DNA of 64,000 bases, taken from positions 1,805,834 to 1,869,833 of the forward strand of contig MU004189.1 in assembly GCA_010093605.1 (NCBI GenBank). The letters run 5' to 3'. The DNA is from Lophium mytilinum. Taxonomy: Eukaryota. This document shows positions 24,009-37,048 of the stretch, piece by piece. Position 1 is the stretch's first letter; every line of letters starts with the position of its first letter. Under the pieces are notes generated by a model. That model had not been told where the DNA came from, did no database searches, and saw only the letters and a program-made list of their open reading frames with translations. The position numbers and the translations under genes were made by a program.

Positions 24009-24695
24009 TCACCTCAACGCCTCAACCAACGCCCTCGCCTCCCCTTCATCAGCCTCTTCCTCGTCCCCAACAATCGCCGCAGAATGATACCACCCCTCTC
24101 CAACCCCCTCTCTCAACCCCCTCACATTCCCCCTCCTCACCCCACCCCCAACCACCACCTCCAACTTCCCCGCTACCCTCCTCTTCAACTCCTCTAACAC
24201 CTCTACCCCACCCACCGCATCCCTCCCCCGCCCCGACGTCAAAACCGCCCGAAACCCACACCCCACCACCGCCTCCACCCCCTCCCAAAACTCCCCCACT
24301 TCATCAATCGCCCGATGAAACGTACACGGCCTCCCCCCCGCCAGCCCCACCAAATCCCTACACCTCTCCCCATCCACACGGTCCTCAGGCGTCAGGATCC
24401 CGAACACGAACCCATCAGGCCCACTTCCAGTTTCCAACGCCATGAACGCGGCGACCTCGTCCCGCATCTGCGCGAACTCAGGCGCGGAGTAGACGAAGTC
24501 GCCGGCGCGGGGGCGGATCATGACGAAGATCGGGATCGTGATGGAGGGGGTGGATTTGAGGGTTTGGAGGGTGGAGAGCGGGGGGGTGAGACCGCCGGCG
24601 GCGTAGGAGGTGCAGAGTTCGATTCTGGAGGCGCCGGCGGCTTGAGCGGTTAGGGCGGAGGCGGGAGTGAAGCAGGCGAGTTCGAGGCGGGACAT
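24009..24695 (-). CDS. cutC: Copper homeostasis protein CutC family
   Basis: LELAC, GASRIELC, GGLTP, VMIRPRAGDFVYS, TFHRAID, VLTSG motifs. Confidence 0.93.
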   Translation of the reverse strand: MSRLELACFTPASALTAQAAGASRIELCTSYAAGGLTPPLSTLQTLKSTPSITIPIFVMIRPRAGDFVYSAPEFAQMRDEVAAFMALETGSGPDGFVFGILTPEDRVDGERCRDLVGLAGGRPCTFHRAIDEVGEFWEGVEAVVGCGFRAVLTSGRGRDAVGGVEVLEELKRRVAGKLEVVVGGGVRRGNVRGLREGVGEGWYHSAAIVGDEEEADEGEARALVEALR

Positions 24696-25428
24696 TTTGG
24701 ATTGTATGGGTGGTGGGAGGAGGTTTCGGACGGCCGAGAGGTGAGGTTGGAGGATCACGTGGGCACGAGAGGTTGATGGGCAATGAACTTTGCTCTTGGT
24801 ATGTCAGGCTTGTACAGCTACGGTGTAGCTGTACGTTATGAAGTATAAAGACATTGTGGGAATAAGAGGATTTGGTCAATCCTTACTCATGATGACGAGG
24901 AGTTGAGTAAGAGTCACGTGAGCTGTGTCAACGCGTGGCAAGGACTTCAGGAGTCTTCATTTCTACTCATAGATAACAATCAGGGCGGAGCAATGATAGT
25001 ATCGGCATAAGCTCACTCTGTCTATGCAGATAAACATGTTATGAGCCTTGTCGCACGGCAAATAGATGTTTCATTCAGATTTCCGAGCGAAGGTTTACCG
25101 AAGATTTAGAGACAATAGTACAAGCCACCAGTCAGAACAATGGCATCTCTTCTTCAAATCCACATGTAATAGAATCACGCAACAAAGACCCTCAATGCAT
25201 TTATGAACATGATATTCATCCCTCATCTCAGTAAGGAAACCATGCTATATACAAAGCAATGCCAGAGTATGTATGAGAAATGATACCACCTAGTAGGGGT
25301 AGACGCCCAGCGTTGTGAGCAAGACTAAAAGAATATGACACAAAGAATGGAAAATGAAGAATGAGAAGGGTCAGACTACCCTATTGTCATCGCCACCGCC
25401 ACTATCTCCCACCTGGATCGGCTTTCAC

Positions 25429-26746
25429 CTAGCATACGCCCTGGTTATAAGCCTGACCCGGGTCCTTGGGAATGATGCCCTTCTCGACCGCATCCTTGTA
25501 GCTCCAGCGGTAGTCACCATTAAGCTGCGCTTTCCAGCTCCAGAAGACCCAGCCCTGCTGCTTCTCGTAGGCAATGACCTGCGCAGCCCACCATTTAGTA
25601 TAGAAGCCGCTGTTGGATCCGCTCTTGACCTCGAAAGCTGATGACTGCTCTACCGCGTCAGCAGGGCTGATACTCCATTCGCCGACAATGAGTGGCTTAT
25701 CGCCATCCGATGCAACCTGATCGGCGCACGAGGCGGCGATGTATCCAGCTTGAGAGACTTTGACAGAGGTATCCCACTTGAGATAGCGGTGGTTGTCGAA
25801 AGCTGTATTAGAGAGGTCCTTGAGGCCGCTCTTTGGGTCTCCGGAGCCCCAGAGCTTGTTCATGAACTGGACGTGGAGTTTCTTAGCGTTGTCAGTTATG
25901 CCAAGCCCAGATTCAGTCTCGCGGATCTTGGAGAACGCGGTAGGATAGTATGTGTTGACGAGCGAGGACTGGCCGTTGACGGGCTCGTTGAGGACTTCGA
26001 GCATGCCGACTGTGCGGTAGGCAGTGTTGGAGTGAATGCGGTTGGTGATGAACTGGAGGAATTTGTAGGCTCGGTCGTACTGGTAGTCCTGGTAGAAGCC
26101 AGTAGTAGGAGCGTACTGCGAACATCGTTAGTATCTTATCAATGTAAGAGGGGCCGTGTGAGTCGGTGGGGTATCTTACCTGTCCAGTGAATGGCTGCTG
26201 TGCAACTTGTGCTCCAGGTGCCGCATGCAAGTCAAGAATAACATAGATATTCCTAGCCGCGGCCCAACCAACAACTTTGTCGAGGTATGCAAGGCCGCCT
26301 TGGGGGAAGTGCTCGCTATCGTATACCAGGCTCTCGTCGATCCAATAGCCCAGGGGAATACGAACAGTGTTCAGGCCATAACTAGCCATGTCGTCGAAGT
26401 CAGTCTCGGTAATCCAGCGAGCCCAGTGAGCCTTGAAAGCGGCGTTCGCGGCATCTTGACCGAGTTTCATAACGCAGTCAAACTCGGACTTCGAGGAGCC
26501 GCAGCCCATAGTCGCCCATTCAGTCGATGCCATCCAAGGCTCGACAACGAACAGTGAGCCAAGATTGACGCCGCGGATCTTTCCAGAGGAAGGCAGCCAT
26601 TTCTTCACGACGCGGCCTTTTCCAGCGCTCAGGTTGGAGAAGGTAGCGTTCGTCTGAGGTTCTGGGCCGAAAAGATCGGTGTCCGACGGAAGCCAGGCGC
26701 TGACAACAGCGACAAGACTAAGAATGGAAATGAGTCCAATATGCAT
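25429..26746 (-). CDS. Secreted GH5 glucan endo-1,6-beta-glucosidase (ExgB-like); intron 26179..26116
   Basis: Signal peptide, KIRGVNLGSLFVVEPW, NTVRIPLGYW, DLHAAPG, acid/base LNEP, nucleophile VGEWS, FWSWK. Confidence 0.92.
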
Positions 26747-28821
26747 AGTGAAATATAAATAGAGAAGAGTAAGAAGGGTTTAAAGTGGTAAATGCTAACA
26801 GGGCCAGCTGTAGAGAGTGATGGACCTGATGGTGGCCGAAGAAGTTATAAGAAGTGGTTCGCAGAGTCTGGGTGAGGCTTCGAACAAAGGCTCTGAAGAA
26901 GTGGATTGTTATAGACAAAGGAGTGACAGCGCAACAAACAAAGAATGAGTGTGAAGGTGCTCTCAGAGCAAGCCTTGTGATCGCGATGGTTAGCCGTGGG
27001 TAACAGTGCAGCGGGAAGCAGCGGTAGGAGTGACTTATAGTAGGTAGAATCCGCATATGACCTTCTCGCGGCCCGCACTAATATCCGCTTACACGCGCAA
27101 AAGGCAGACGTAGCATTGCTACGTGTTTCGCCAGCGTCGTACTCTTTGAAACATTTACCGCTACTCAACTAAAAGCCACACCCTTTGCTATGCAAGGCAT
27201 AGTGCCGTGAGAGGTCAGAGAGACAGCCCTAGCAGGCCGGATGAACAGCCGTGTGGGGTCAAGTGTGGGCTTAGATCGGAAATGATAGGGGCCTTTTGAG
27301 ATTTAGGACATGGGTGTTGTTGTAGGAACAACGGTGATAGGCTCTTCGTTTCACACGCCTAGACTGGGCTGTGAACACCATGGAGTCAAAGAAAAGGCGT
27401 CACAAGGGATCAAAGGACCACAGAAAGGGAACAAAGAAGATGATAGAAGATAGAGTTATCAGCGGCAAATGAGTCAAAGACCTGCCAGAGCATTCATGAT
27501 TTCTGACAACGCATTACATCTGCCGGACAGCACTGAAAAAGGTGCCACAATGGCGTTATTTGGTTGCCGCTCGTCGAAGTCTGGAGACGAGAAATAAGCT
27601 CTCCCAGAAACGACATCGGTCGGTCATGTCCGAGGAAGGGAGCAAGGTATCCTGTTTCGTCGAGTGTTTCCGCCTCGACTTAGCTAACCCCCCTAGGCAC
27701 GGACACATATAGTGTTTCAAAGCTTGGAATTGAAGCGGCATGGGGACGAGACCACGAGGCCTCATGGGCGCTTGACAGTGTTGAGGCCGCGGCGCCGTTA
27801 CGGCAGACAGGCAGCGTGCGCCTGGATGGATGGTTCAGACGCCCTGTGGGCAACCGAGCGATGAGTTGCGCTATGGTAGCGTACCGATTGGTGGTTGTCG
27901 CAGAAGTGAGATGAAACGGGGGTCGGCGTGGCTGATGTAGTCCGCTTCATTCCTACGCTAACCCGATCGAGTGACCAAGTCCTAAGCAGTCGACCTGTCC
28001 AGTACTCTGAACACTTCTCGTGCACTCATTATCGAATGCTTCTATTACTGTAGCTCTAGATCGTGCCACAATCCTTCCAGACCCCTCTTTACCCTTGACA
28101 ATCATCTTTGAAACGTGCTCTGCAAGGATATCAGATTTCACACAATTGCCTACTGCCAATTCACGCATCTTATTATCTTCGAACCTTTAATGTATATGCA
28201 CTAGCAGGCCTTCTGAAGAGGTCTACTTTCAGGCCCACCAAGACAGTTCTCGTATTCGTTCCGCAACAGGTTCCTTTCGCGCACTCGGCATGGCACACCC
28301 TTGCCCCAGTTTGCCAAAGCAAGCGACCGGGAATACCGTCGCACAAACGGCACATCAGCATTTGCCTCGGAGACATAAGCGTACACGGGAAGGTAAATTG
28401 CAGCCTTGCAGCCGAGCCGCTTCTCATGCGGGGTTGGCAGACTGGGGTGCATGGCGCATGCAATGCGCGCGGGACCCTGGATCTCAACCGCGTTCTGATC
28501 ACGAGACTGTGGTGTGCTATAGGATCGTAGTATCTATGACTGTCTGCTTTTGGGATTAAGGGTGGTGACAAGGTGGGAGCTGGTTGCTTTGGCCGCGTGC
28601 TGATTAAAGTTGCACTATGTAAGAAATGATAGTTGATGGAACCAAGATTATTCAAGAAATGAGGAAACCATGTAGCAGATTGCCTCATTTGGGGTATAGA
28701 GAGTTGCTCATGTTTCATAATGTAAGCCTTAGCAGGTAGCGACCCAAACATTCGAGGTTGTGTCTGGAAACCTGGGATCCGTACTTGACTCATACTCTCG
28801 TTCGCAGTCCTGTCTAAGCCA

Positions 28822-31209
28822 TCATCCAAGTGGCCCGGAGCCAACAGGCCTCGCATTGCTCAGGTTCACCACCATTCCCGGCCCAAATCTACCTCCCGCC
28901 CGAGAACTCGCAGCGTCCTGCTTCCATCCAGGACAGTCAGGCGGCGCCTCCGCCTTGATAACATCCCAGAACTTCGGCCACCCTGCTGCCAATGCTGACC
29001 CTTTCTCTTTGGCGCCCTTGATTGCGAACCGCTTCAACTTGTGCGAGATGAAGCCGTTCATGAAGCCTTGAGAGATAAGTGAGGAGCATTTGCTCTCTAT
29101 GTTCAACATAGAAGGCAGACTGACGGTTGCGTGGTACCCTTCCAACGGCTTTCCGTCCGCACCCACGAACTCTGGGTCTATGTAGTACGCTTCTGGTGGC
29201 GGCTCCGGCGCTGGTCCGAATTTGTCGAGTCTTTCGGGCGGGTGCAACGCCCGCTTGTCTAGATATATGAACAACGCCAGGACATAGTTGAGATCTAAAG
29301 TGGGCGCTCTGCGCGTTTCGTTGTCGCCTTGGACACCGGTCAAGATGAAGGCTCGTCGGAAGAGGGAGCGCCACACTATGACTTCGCAGAGACGTGAGAT
29401 CTGAAGGAGCATTGTGTATCTTTGCATGAGCCATGGCGCGTTCGGGGACTGCCAGTCCACTAGGCGCTTGAAGTTTTCAAGGTCGCCTCTGATTAAAGTG
29501 TGGATGATAGGTTGGAAGATAGCCTGTAGGCCGGCAGCTTCGGGTCGGTCGTAAAGGGATTGAGTAGGGAAACGGCCAAGAATCATATTGGCTGCTACTA
29601 GATAGATGAGTATCAGGCGACGTTGACCGACGCACGCTGGACTTGCTAAGCATTGGTCATAGGCAGCCTGGAGAGCCATTTGGGCAGGATAGAAGTGACC
29701 TGTCGAGAAATGGAAGCGGCCGAGATAGTAGAGATAAGTCACGCGCTCTGACGCGGGATAGATTGAAAGTGGAGGCGATTGGTTGTAGATATTGGTGAAT
29801 ATCTGCTCAGCGTTCATCTTCTTGTCGCATTGAAACAAGATCTTCAAGCATAGATTGGCTATCTTGTATATTCCGACTTTCTTTCCATCCGGTTTGCCAT
29901 CCTTGACACCTCCTGATGCTGTTCCTCGGTCGTTGAGACAGGTGACGAAAGCCGTCCGAAGTATGTTTGCTGCTCGCTCTGGAAGCGTTTCCCTCCGCCC
30001 ATCTTCTTCGGAATCGCTTTGGATTACCAAGTGGGCTATGAGCTCAGGATTCCTATCTAGTCCTATGGCAAGTCGGGCAAATACACGTGCATATGCTATC
30101 ACGGTCGGCAGGATTACGATTCCTCTTGACGGACTTGTCAAGGCACTATTCGCCTTTCTGTGCACCAAGGTTAGATGTGCTTGCTATCATCAAGTTCACG
30201 GGGGAGAGAATCCGATATCTTGATGCCAGTCACTGAGAAATATGTGCACCAATCGTTTTCGAACACAAGGCAGTATTGGAAATAAGACGCAACGGAGGGC
30301 TGTCTCAATACATGACCACAAGAATGCTCTCACGTACTGTTGTAGCTCACTGAGGATGTTGTAGGTATCCAACAGATTCGAGGGGTCCACGTCCCGTATG
30401 AAGGAGAGATAACTGGCCATGAATTTTACGAAGATGGTCCAGGTTGCGCCCTCTGCGTCTGGGCCGGCTTCCTTCAGCATCCTGCTGCATCTCTGTTCCA
30501 ACGCGCCCTCCTTCCCCTTAGGATATGTTCTGCGTATCTCCGCAATCATGGTCTCGTAGAGGCTGTTGAAAGGCGGCTCGATGACCAGGAAGGCCTGTAG
30601 CTCGACGCCATTTCTGTCGTGCACGATCCTATCGACCTCCCCAAGAAACTTGTCGAGTACAGTAGTCTGGGAGGACTGCATCGTGTAGGATGGCAGTGGA
30701 GCCTTCGCTGGCTCCGCTGAGGGTGGTGCTGGCGGCTGTACTGGTGGTTGGACCGACGACGGAGGTTCGTATGGGACCCAGGGTAGCTGTTCTTTCGCGT
30801 CGTTCAAGAGCTGAGCTTTGGCCGAGACAATTGCTTCAGCTAGATGGGGCGCAAGGTTTGAGAGTATGTCAAAGTCCTCAGGTATGCTTGGAGCAAGCTG
30901 TCCCTTGACGCGTGCGTAGATATCGTGAAGGTCGTGGCGGGGGAGGCTCGGTGGGAAGCTGTTGTTGAGCGTATCTAGGACCTGGTCGACAATGGGGGGC
31001 TTCGAAGAAGGGTCATAGTAAGAATCGGCGTCAGGTAGCTCAGCTAGATCAGCTAGCCCAACCTGTTGAGATTCAGGTTGCTGGTGGAGTGGTGCGAGGG
31101 GTGGTCGTGAAAGTTGAGGTTGTGACTTCGCTTTGGAGCTACCCTGTCCGTTCTTGCCGCGAGCTCGATTCTTCGCCGGCGACATCTTCTGCTCCTTCCA
31201 CTCCAGCAT
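28822..31209 (-). CDS. PCI-domain protein, CSN12/Thp1(PCID2)-like; intron 30337..30158; start uncertain
   Basis: KKVGIYKIANLCLKILF, ERVTYLYYLGRFHF, ILIYLVAANMILGRFP and winged-helix SLISQGFMNGFISH. The intron restores QKANSAL. Confidence 0.88.
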
Positions 31210-31498
31210 TCGTGCAAGGCGGAGGGAGACATATTGTCAGAAGCTATCTCTACGCTGCGACCGTCGCGTTTGATTCTTTGTCTCTTTTGTTTGTCCCCAG
31301 CGCCGACGACCTGCACGCTGCCTTTCTTCACATGCTACTGCCAGGGTGCAGGTACAGGTCCCACTATTCTCCAACATAAATTGAAACATCAAAGTGACAT
31401 CACAGCCGAATATGCCGCAAGCCGACAATACCTACTTAAGCTGGTCTCTCTCACATGTTCGCCCTTTGGAGCATTCACATTCCTCAATTGTCTTCATC

Positions 31499-33080
31499 AT
31501 GACTCTCCTAGACTCCGTTGAGCATTTCCTTGCCACTCCAATTCTCTTCGTCTACCAAATCATCCAATGGTTCATCGACAAACTGCTTTCTCCTGCCCCT
31601 CCTCCCCCAAATGCACATCTCAACAGACCTAAGATCGCAGTCATTGGAGCTGGTCTTACTGGTGTCTCAGCAGCCTCTCACTGCGTTGGTCATGGATTCG
31701 ACTGTAGAATATTTGAATCTGGAAGTCGAAAGGCCCTCGGAGGAATATGGAGTGTATGATGAAAGCTACTGCCCACAAGTATGTGCACTCTGCTGACCAG
31801 GTTTACAGAAAGTAAACAACACCTCCGGCCTCCAGATCCACAGCATCATGTACCGTTTCCATCCTTCGATCAAGTGGAATAAAGGATACCCAAATCGCCA
31901 GCAGATTGTCAGCCAAGTCACAGAGCTGTGGGAGCGCTACGGTCTGGAATCGAAGACGAAGTTCGATACAAAGGTCGACAAGGTCTACAAAGACTCTGAT
32001 GGCCGCTGGATCATCAATGACCCCTCCAACGGCTACTTCGATGGTGTAATTGCTGCCATTGGCACCTGTGGTGATCCAAAAATGGCCCACATTCATGGGG
32101 AGAGCAACTTCAAAGGAGAGATCTACCACTCATCGCAGCTCGACGGCAAAAGCGCCAAAGGGAAGAAGGTCGTGATCATAGGCGGCGGTGCGTCAGCCGT
32201 CGAAGCGCTCGAGTTCGTTGCCCACGAAGACGCCGCCCATACCGATGTACTTGCCCGCTCCGAGAAGTGGATCATCCCACGCAACCCACTGGTCGACGCC
32301 CTCCTGTCCCTCAACATCTTCGGCATGGAAACCCTCACTAGCTGGATCCCCGAGACCCTCCTCCGAAAACTTTTCTACCGCGACCTTGCCTCCATCTCCC
32401 CGCCGCCAGGTAGCAAGGGCATCTTCACCGACACACCCATGGTCAATAGTGACGTGCTCGACCTCGTTCGCGCCGGCAAAGCAACATGGCTACGTGGCGA
32501 CATTCACTCTTTCACTGAGACCGGGCTGAAGTTCACCCAGCGCAGCCAGGGCGTCCCCAAAGGCGGGCCTGGCCGCGACATGGTCGTCGACGCGGACATC
32601 GTCATTCTCGCAACCGGCTACCAACGGCCCTCGCTCAATTTCCTGCCCGACAACTGCTTCGAAGACCCCTACCAGCCGCCGAATTGGTTCTTGCAGGTGT
32701 TCCCGCCGGCACATTATGATATATGCTGCAACAATTGCACCTATGTCAACGCCATTGGAACAGTCGGTAACTACCACATTGGCATCTACACGCGGCTGCT
32801 GCTGGCGTACCTTGTTGACCCGCTAGCGAGGCCCCGAGAGCCGCTCATGAAGAAATGGATTGATATGACGCGCTGGATCAAGACCAAAGCCCCTGGTGGC
32901 GCGTTCGACTTCTTCACGTATGGTGAGCTGCTTTACTGGTTTGTTTTCAACATTGCGATCAACCCATTCCGATGGAAGTGGGCCCTCTTCGTCTTCTTTG
33001 GCATTGGTGATGCGCTGCCGAAGCATATTGTGAGGCGCGAAGATCAGATCAGGAATGGGTTGGGCATAAAGGCTCATTGA
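31499..33080 (+). CDS. Flavin-binding monooxygenase-like protein; intron 31754..31808
   Basis: IAVIGAGLTG (FAD), FKGEIYHSS (FMO motif), VIIGGGASA (NADP), ILATGY. Confidence 0.92.
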
Positions 33081-33524
33081 AGGAGTAGCCTGGACGTCAG
33101 CGAGAAGACTTATATGACATAACGAGCATTGGCGTACGCTATGGGGTATAGAGGAGCAGCAGATATGGTAGATAATAAGCAAACCCCAGTTAACCAAAAT
33201 TAGGATCAACCTGAAAGCACATTTAAAGTGTGTAAGGTCTATTTCTCAAACACTTCTAGAACTTCCCAAGTCTTGCGATAGTTGTTGCATCTTAGTGTCT
33301 CATCGAACACCTTATTAAGAAAGTAGATGATTGTATGCAAGGATAAGTCTCGAAACTGTGATGTAACAATGATATGCCGCTGCAGAGACTCCGCTATGAG
33401 ATACACAAAATGCCCGCTCCGTCATTTTATCGTAACATGCGCTCGTTTGCTCGCTCCTTGCAAATGCCTTCAACACCTCACGTCCAAACACCACCATCCC
33501 TCTTTCCACGCTGTCACACCGCGC

Positions 33525-36168
33525 TCAATGGCTGATATACTGAAACACAGCGCTAACCTCCGCACACCCTGCCGCCGTCTCCTGCCTGAGTAGCAAATCC
33601 TGAATCGCACCCAGCGGGCTCTTCTCGCCCCCATTGACGAAATGGTTCCACGTACTCGTGTCACCATACAACATCGCTTGAGCCTTAAGGATCTGTTTTC
33701 CATCCTCCTTCCGGCACCGCTTGCACTTGAATGTATCGTGAGTATCGCTAGTCGTGTGATCTCTATACTGGAACAGCTCGCGCAAAGAGTCCAGACTGAA
33801 ATGGCGCTCGACGTCTTCTGCACTATCGACAACGCAGGAGGAGAGAGACTGCTTGTGGGATTGGCGCTGGAAGATCTTCTCTTCGATCGTACCGGTCGCG
33901 ATGAAGCGGTATACGAAGCAGTCTTTCTTCTGCCCGTCACGCCACACACGCGCGAGAGCCTGCTGATCAGCGGCTGGATTCCAATCTGGGTCGAAGAGTA
34001 CGAGGCGGTTTGCGCCGATGAGGTTGAGGCCACAGCCACCTGCTTTACTACTGAGGAGGAAGATGAACTCAGGGCCGTCTGGGTCGTTGAACTTGTCGAC
34101 GAGCTTTTGGCGTTTGGAGACGTTCATGGTGCCGTCGAGGCGGAGGCAGCCATAGTTGCGTGCGCGGCAGAGTTGCGCAAATACGTCGAGGGTTTGTGTA
34201 TAGTTGGAGATTAAAACAATCTTGTCGTTAGTATCTGCGCGGATCCGGGCCAGCATGCGGTCAAGCACGAGCATTTTGCCTGAGTACCAGACTTTCACAT
34301 CGCGGTCCCGACCACGGGCATCTCTCTGCACAAAGTCGTCGGGGAAGATGTCCTCGCATCCAGGCAGGTCATTAGGTAAGTCCAAGAGATCCGGATGATT
34401 GCAGAGTTTCTTGAGCATACCAATGGCTTTAAGGGGCTGACTACCTTTTCCACGGAGCAGGGACTGGATCTCAGGAGTCTTGATAAAGTAGTTGTAAAGG
34501 TCCTTTTGGAAAGGCGCGAGATTGCAGAAGACGACGTGCTCGTATTTGACCGGGAGATATTTCGAGAGAATGTCATTCGTGCGACGAATGATGAATTTGT
34601 TGACCAAAGTCAGGAGTTGACCTAGGCATTCATCGCCCTTTTTGCGGTCAGCATCCGTACCAGACGCGTCACGTCCCCGGAGGATGGGTAGCTCGAATTT
34701 CTTGCGGAAGTCGTTGCGAGTGCCCAGGTAGTTCGGATTGGCGAAGTTGAGTAGTGAAAAGTATTCTGAAAGATCGTTTTGGATGGGGGTTCCGGTGAGA
34801 ATAACACGCTTTTGCACGTTGAGTCCACTTAACGCCACGAATGTCTGGTTTTCGCTGTTCTTTAGTCGATGTCCCTCGTCGGCGAGGAGTAATCCTATCG
34901 GCGTCTGCGCCAACTCATCAACATTTAGTCGCAATGTTTCATACGAGACGATTAAGACTGGTCGAACAACAGCGCGACCACTTGCGATAGCCCATTGCCG
35001 AAGTTGCTGCGTCAGTACTTCTTTCGATGCCTTGCCATCAATTGCGAATGGGGTTATTGCGTCTGGGCCCAGCCATTTAACTGCCAACTTTAGCAAGGGA
35101 ACAAGATATGGGATGTCCTTGCTTACCTAATTCGTTCGCCCAATTTCTCACGAGACTGGATGGACAGACAATGACACACTTTTGAATTGTTGGTTTGCCT
35201 GCCTCGGGAGACTGCTTGAGAAGTGTCCACATCAAGGCAATACATTGGAGCTATTTTCGTCAGTGGAAGGCGCTGACCTCTGAGCGAATGACCTACTGTC
35301 TTTCCCAGACCCATCTCATCGGCCATAATGCATCCTTCAGCATTAGGGTCAATCAATCCAGTGGTACATCGGTACAAAAACTACTTGCGTTAGCCACGCC
35401 TTCCAATCAAGCACTCTTTCACCCACCTTGACGCCCTCGATCTGATGCGGCCTCAGCACCTTTGCCAGTTTGGGATCAATAACCACCGGCACCCTCGGCC
35501 TGTCGTCCACCTTCTTCTTCAAACCCAGAATATCCGCAAGACTCTTGTGCACAACCGGTGCATCTAGCGTCACCTCCTCTCCATTGCCTTCTCCCTCCTT
35601 CGCCTCTTCCACCGCCAGGACCTTTGGCTTATCATCAACCGTCGGATCATACAACACGATCGCAAACTCTCCACTTGGATCATGCAGCGGCCTCGCCACA
35701 AAGACCCGTCCTTGCCTCATCCCCAGCAGCGGCGCCGGTCGAAACGCGTTATACTCCCCGACATTTTTGTTCAGTAGCGGCACTGCGAAGCGCGACTTGA
35801 ACGCCGTATCTTTATCTTTTGGTTTGAACACCGGAAAGCGATTCGCATCGCGGGTGGCGAGCGCGAGGCGTTCTTCGTTAGAATATAGTTTGTCGCCGTC
35901 CTCGACACTTCCGTCAGCGTCCGCGTAGCTGATCTTGCGGCGCTTGCGGGAAGGTTTCTCGGATGCGCGTGTCGGGGCAGCAGTGCCAGGGCATTTGAAG
36001 GGGCGGACGAGGCGGGATACAGTCTCGGGCGTGCCGCCGTATAGACGGGCAGGCTTTTGGGTGGGAGTGGCGTTTTCCTTATTCTCGCCCGACGCGAGGG
36101 CTTTTGGACGCTGCCTATTCCTCAATTAGTTTTGCATTGGGGTTGTATAGAGGGCTGTGCGTTTACAT
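33525..36168 (-). CDS. RAD54: DNA repair/recombination SNF2 translocase Rad54; introns 36166..36115, 35426..35381, 35296..35251, 35126..35081
   Basis: Rad54 N-terminal [69 protein letters not shown]. Confidence 0.97.
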
Positions 36169-36391
36169 TTGGCGGTAAAGAGCTGATGAGGTGTGGTGTT
36201 TAGGCGGCGAGGTGAAGGTTTTGGGACGCGACTGGTTCGTCAGCGGAGGAAGTCGCGCTAGCACATGACTTTCTCGGCACCATCACTTCATGCCCATTCA
36301 CCACTGCTCTACGTCACCCTCGAGGCGCTCAATATGTATGTAAGTTCGTCAATACAAGAACAACGATGATCCGCAACATCAGACAAGGTCG

Positions 36392-37048
36392 CTATGCGAC
36401 GTAAAACACTGTGAGTGCTCTACGAGACAACGCCTCCGTGCCTTTAACCTCTGTCCGCTCGGCATTCTCAGCCTCCCACGCGTGCTGGTCAGCCCCTCGA
36501 AACAAATCAATATATCGCTTTCCCTCCTCATAATCCATCGGCAGCTTCAGTCCATACACCATCATAAATTTCTTGAGCCCACGCTTTCCAGTGTACCCCG
36601 CGTCTCTCAACCACCTGGAGTCCGATTTAACTTTCGGCTGAAGTAGCGTCGGACAGTACTCAAGCATGAACAGATTATCGATCACCTTGCAATCCGCCAA
36701 CACAAGCTTCTCTCCTCTTTCATCACGCTTGTACAAGCTCCCAGTCTCATTCGACCAATAGATGCCACTCTTCAGCAGTGTGATCGAACTAGCCATCGTC
36801 GTACACATTCCCGGACAGTAGGCGGCGTTGAACATGATCAATCGACCGCCGTTTGAAATGTTGACGAGAGCATTGCCGTATCCAAGAATTGGCAGCTGGC
36901 CTGAAATGGTGGATACAAAGGCGTTGTCCTTCGCAGGCGAAATTCCATCGAAAAAGCGGCTGATATCATTGACGATGTGCAAAGGGGCGGTAGACGAGAT
37001 AATGACGCTTTTGCTCAGGCTGTACGTTGCGGCAACGTATGAGGGCAT
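36392..37048 (-). CDS. Ty1/copia Pol protease-like domain (catalytic Asp lost) fused to a non-TE C-terminal domain; candidate domesticated gene
   Basis: SKSVIISSTAPLHIVNDISRF...ILGYGNALV...FNAAYCPG..TTMAS...LLKSGIYW matches the copia Pol beta-barrel pattern. Intact ORF, TATAAA-like at ~37110, no gag/IN/RT/LTR seen nearby. Confidence 0.7.
   Translation of the reverse strand: MPSYVAATYSLSKSVIISSTAPLHIVNDISRFFDGISPAKDNAFVSTISGQLPILGYGNALVNISNGGRLIMFNAAYCPGMCTTMASSITLLKSGIYWSNETGSLYKRDERGEKLVLADCKVIDNLFMLEYCPTLLQPKVKSDSRWLRDAGYTGKRGLKKFMMVYGLKLPMDYEEGKRYIDLFRGADQHAWEAENAERTEVKGTEALSRRALTVFYVA

Noticed and set aside
28173..28856. 227-aa minus-strand ORF overlapping the end of the PCI gene
   Set aside because: No protein-like features; probably 3' UTR or intergenic.
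17939..33080. Secondary-metabolite cluster (methyltransferase, monooxygenase, hydrolase)
   Set aside because: No PKS, NRPS or terpene synthase backbone, and the genes are interspersed with housekeeping genes.
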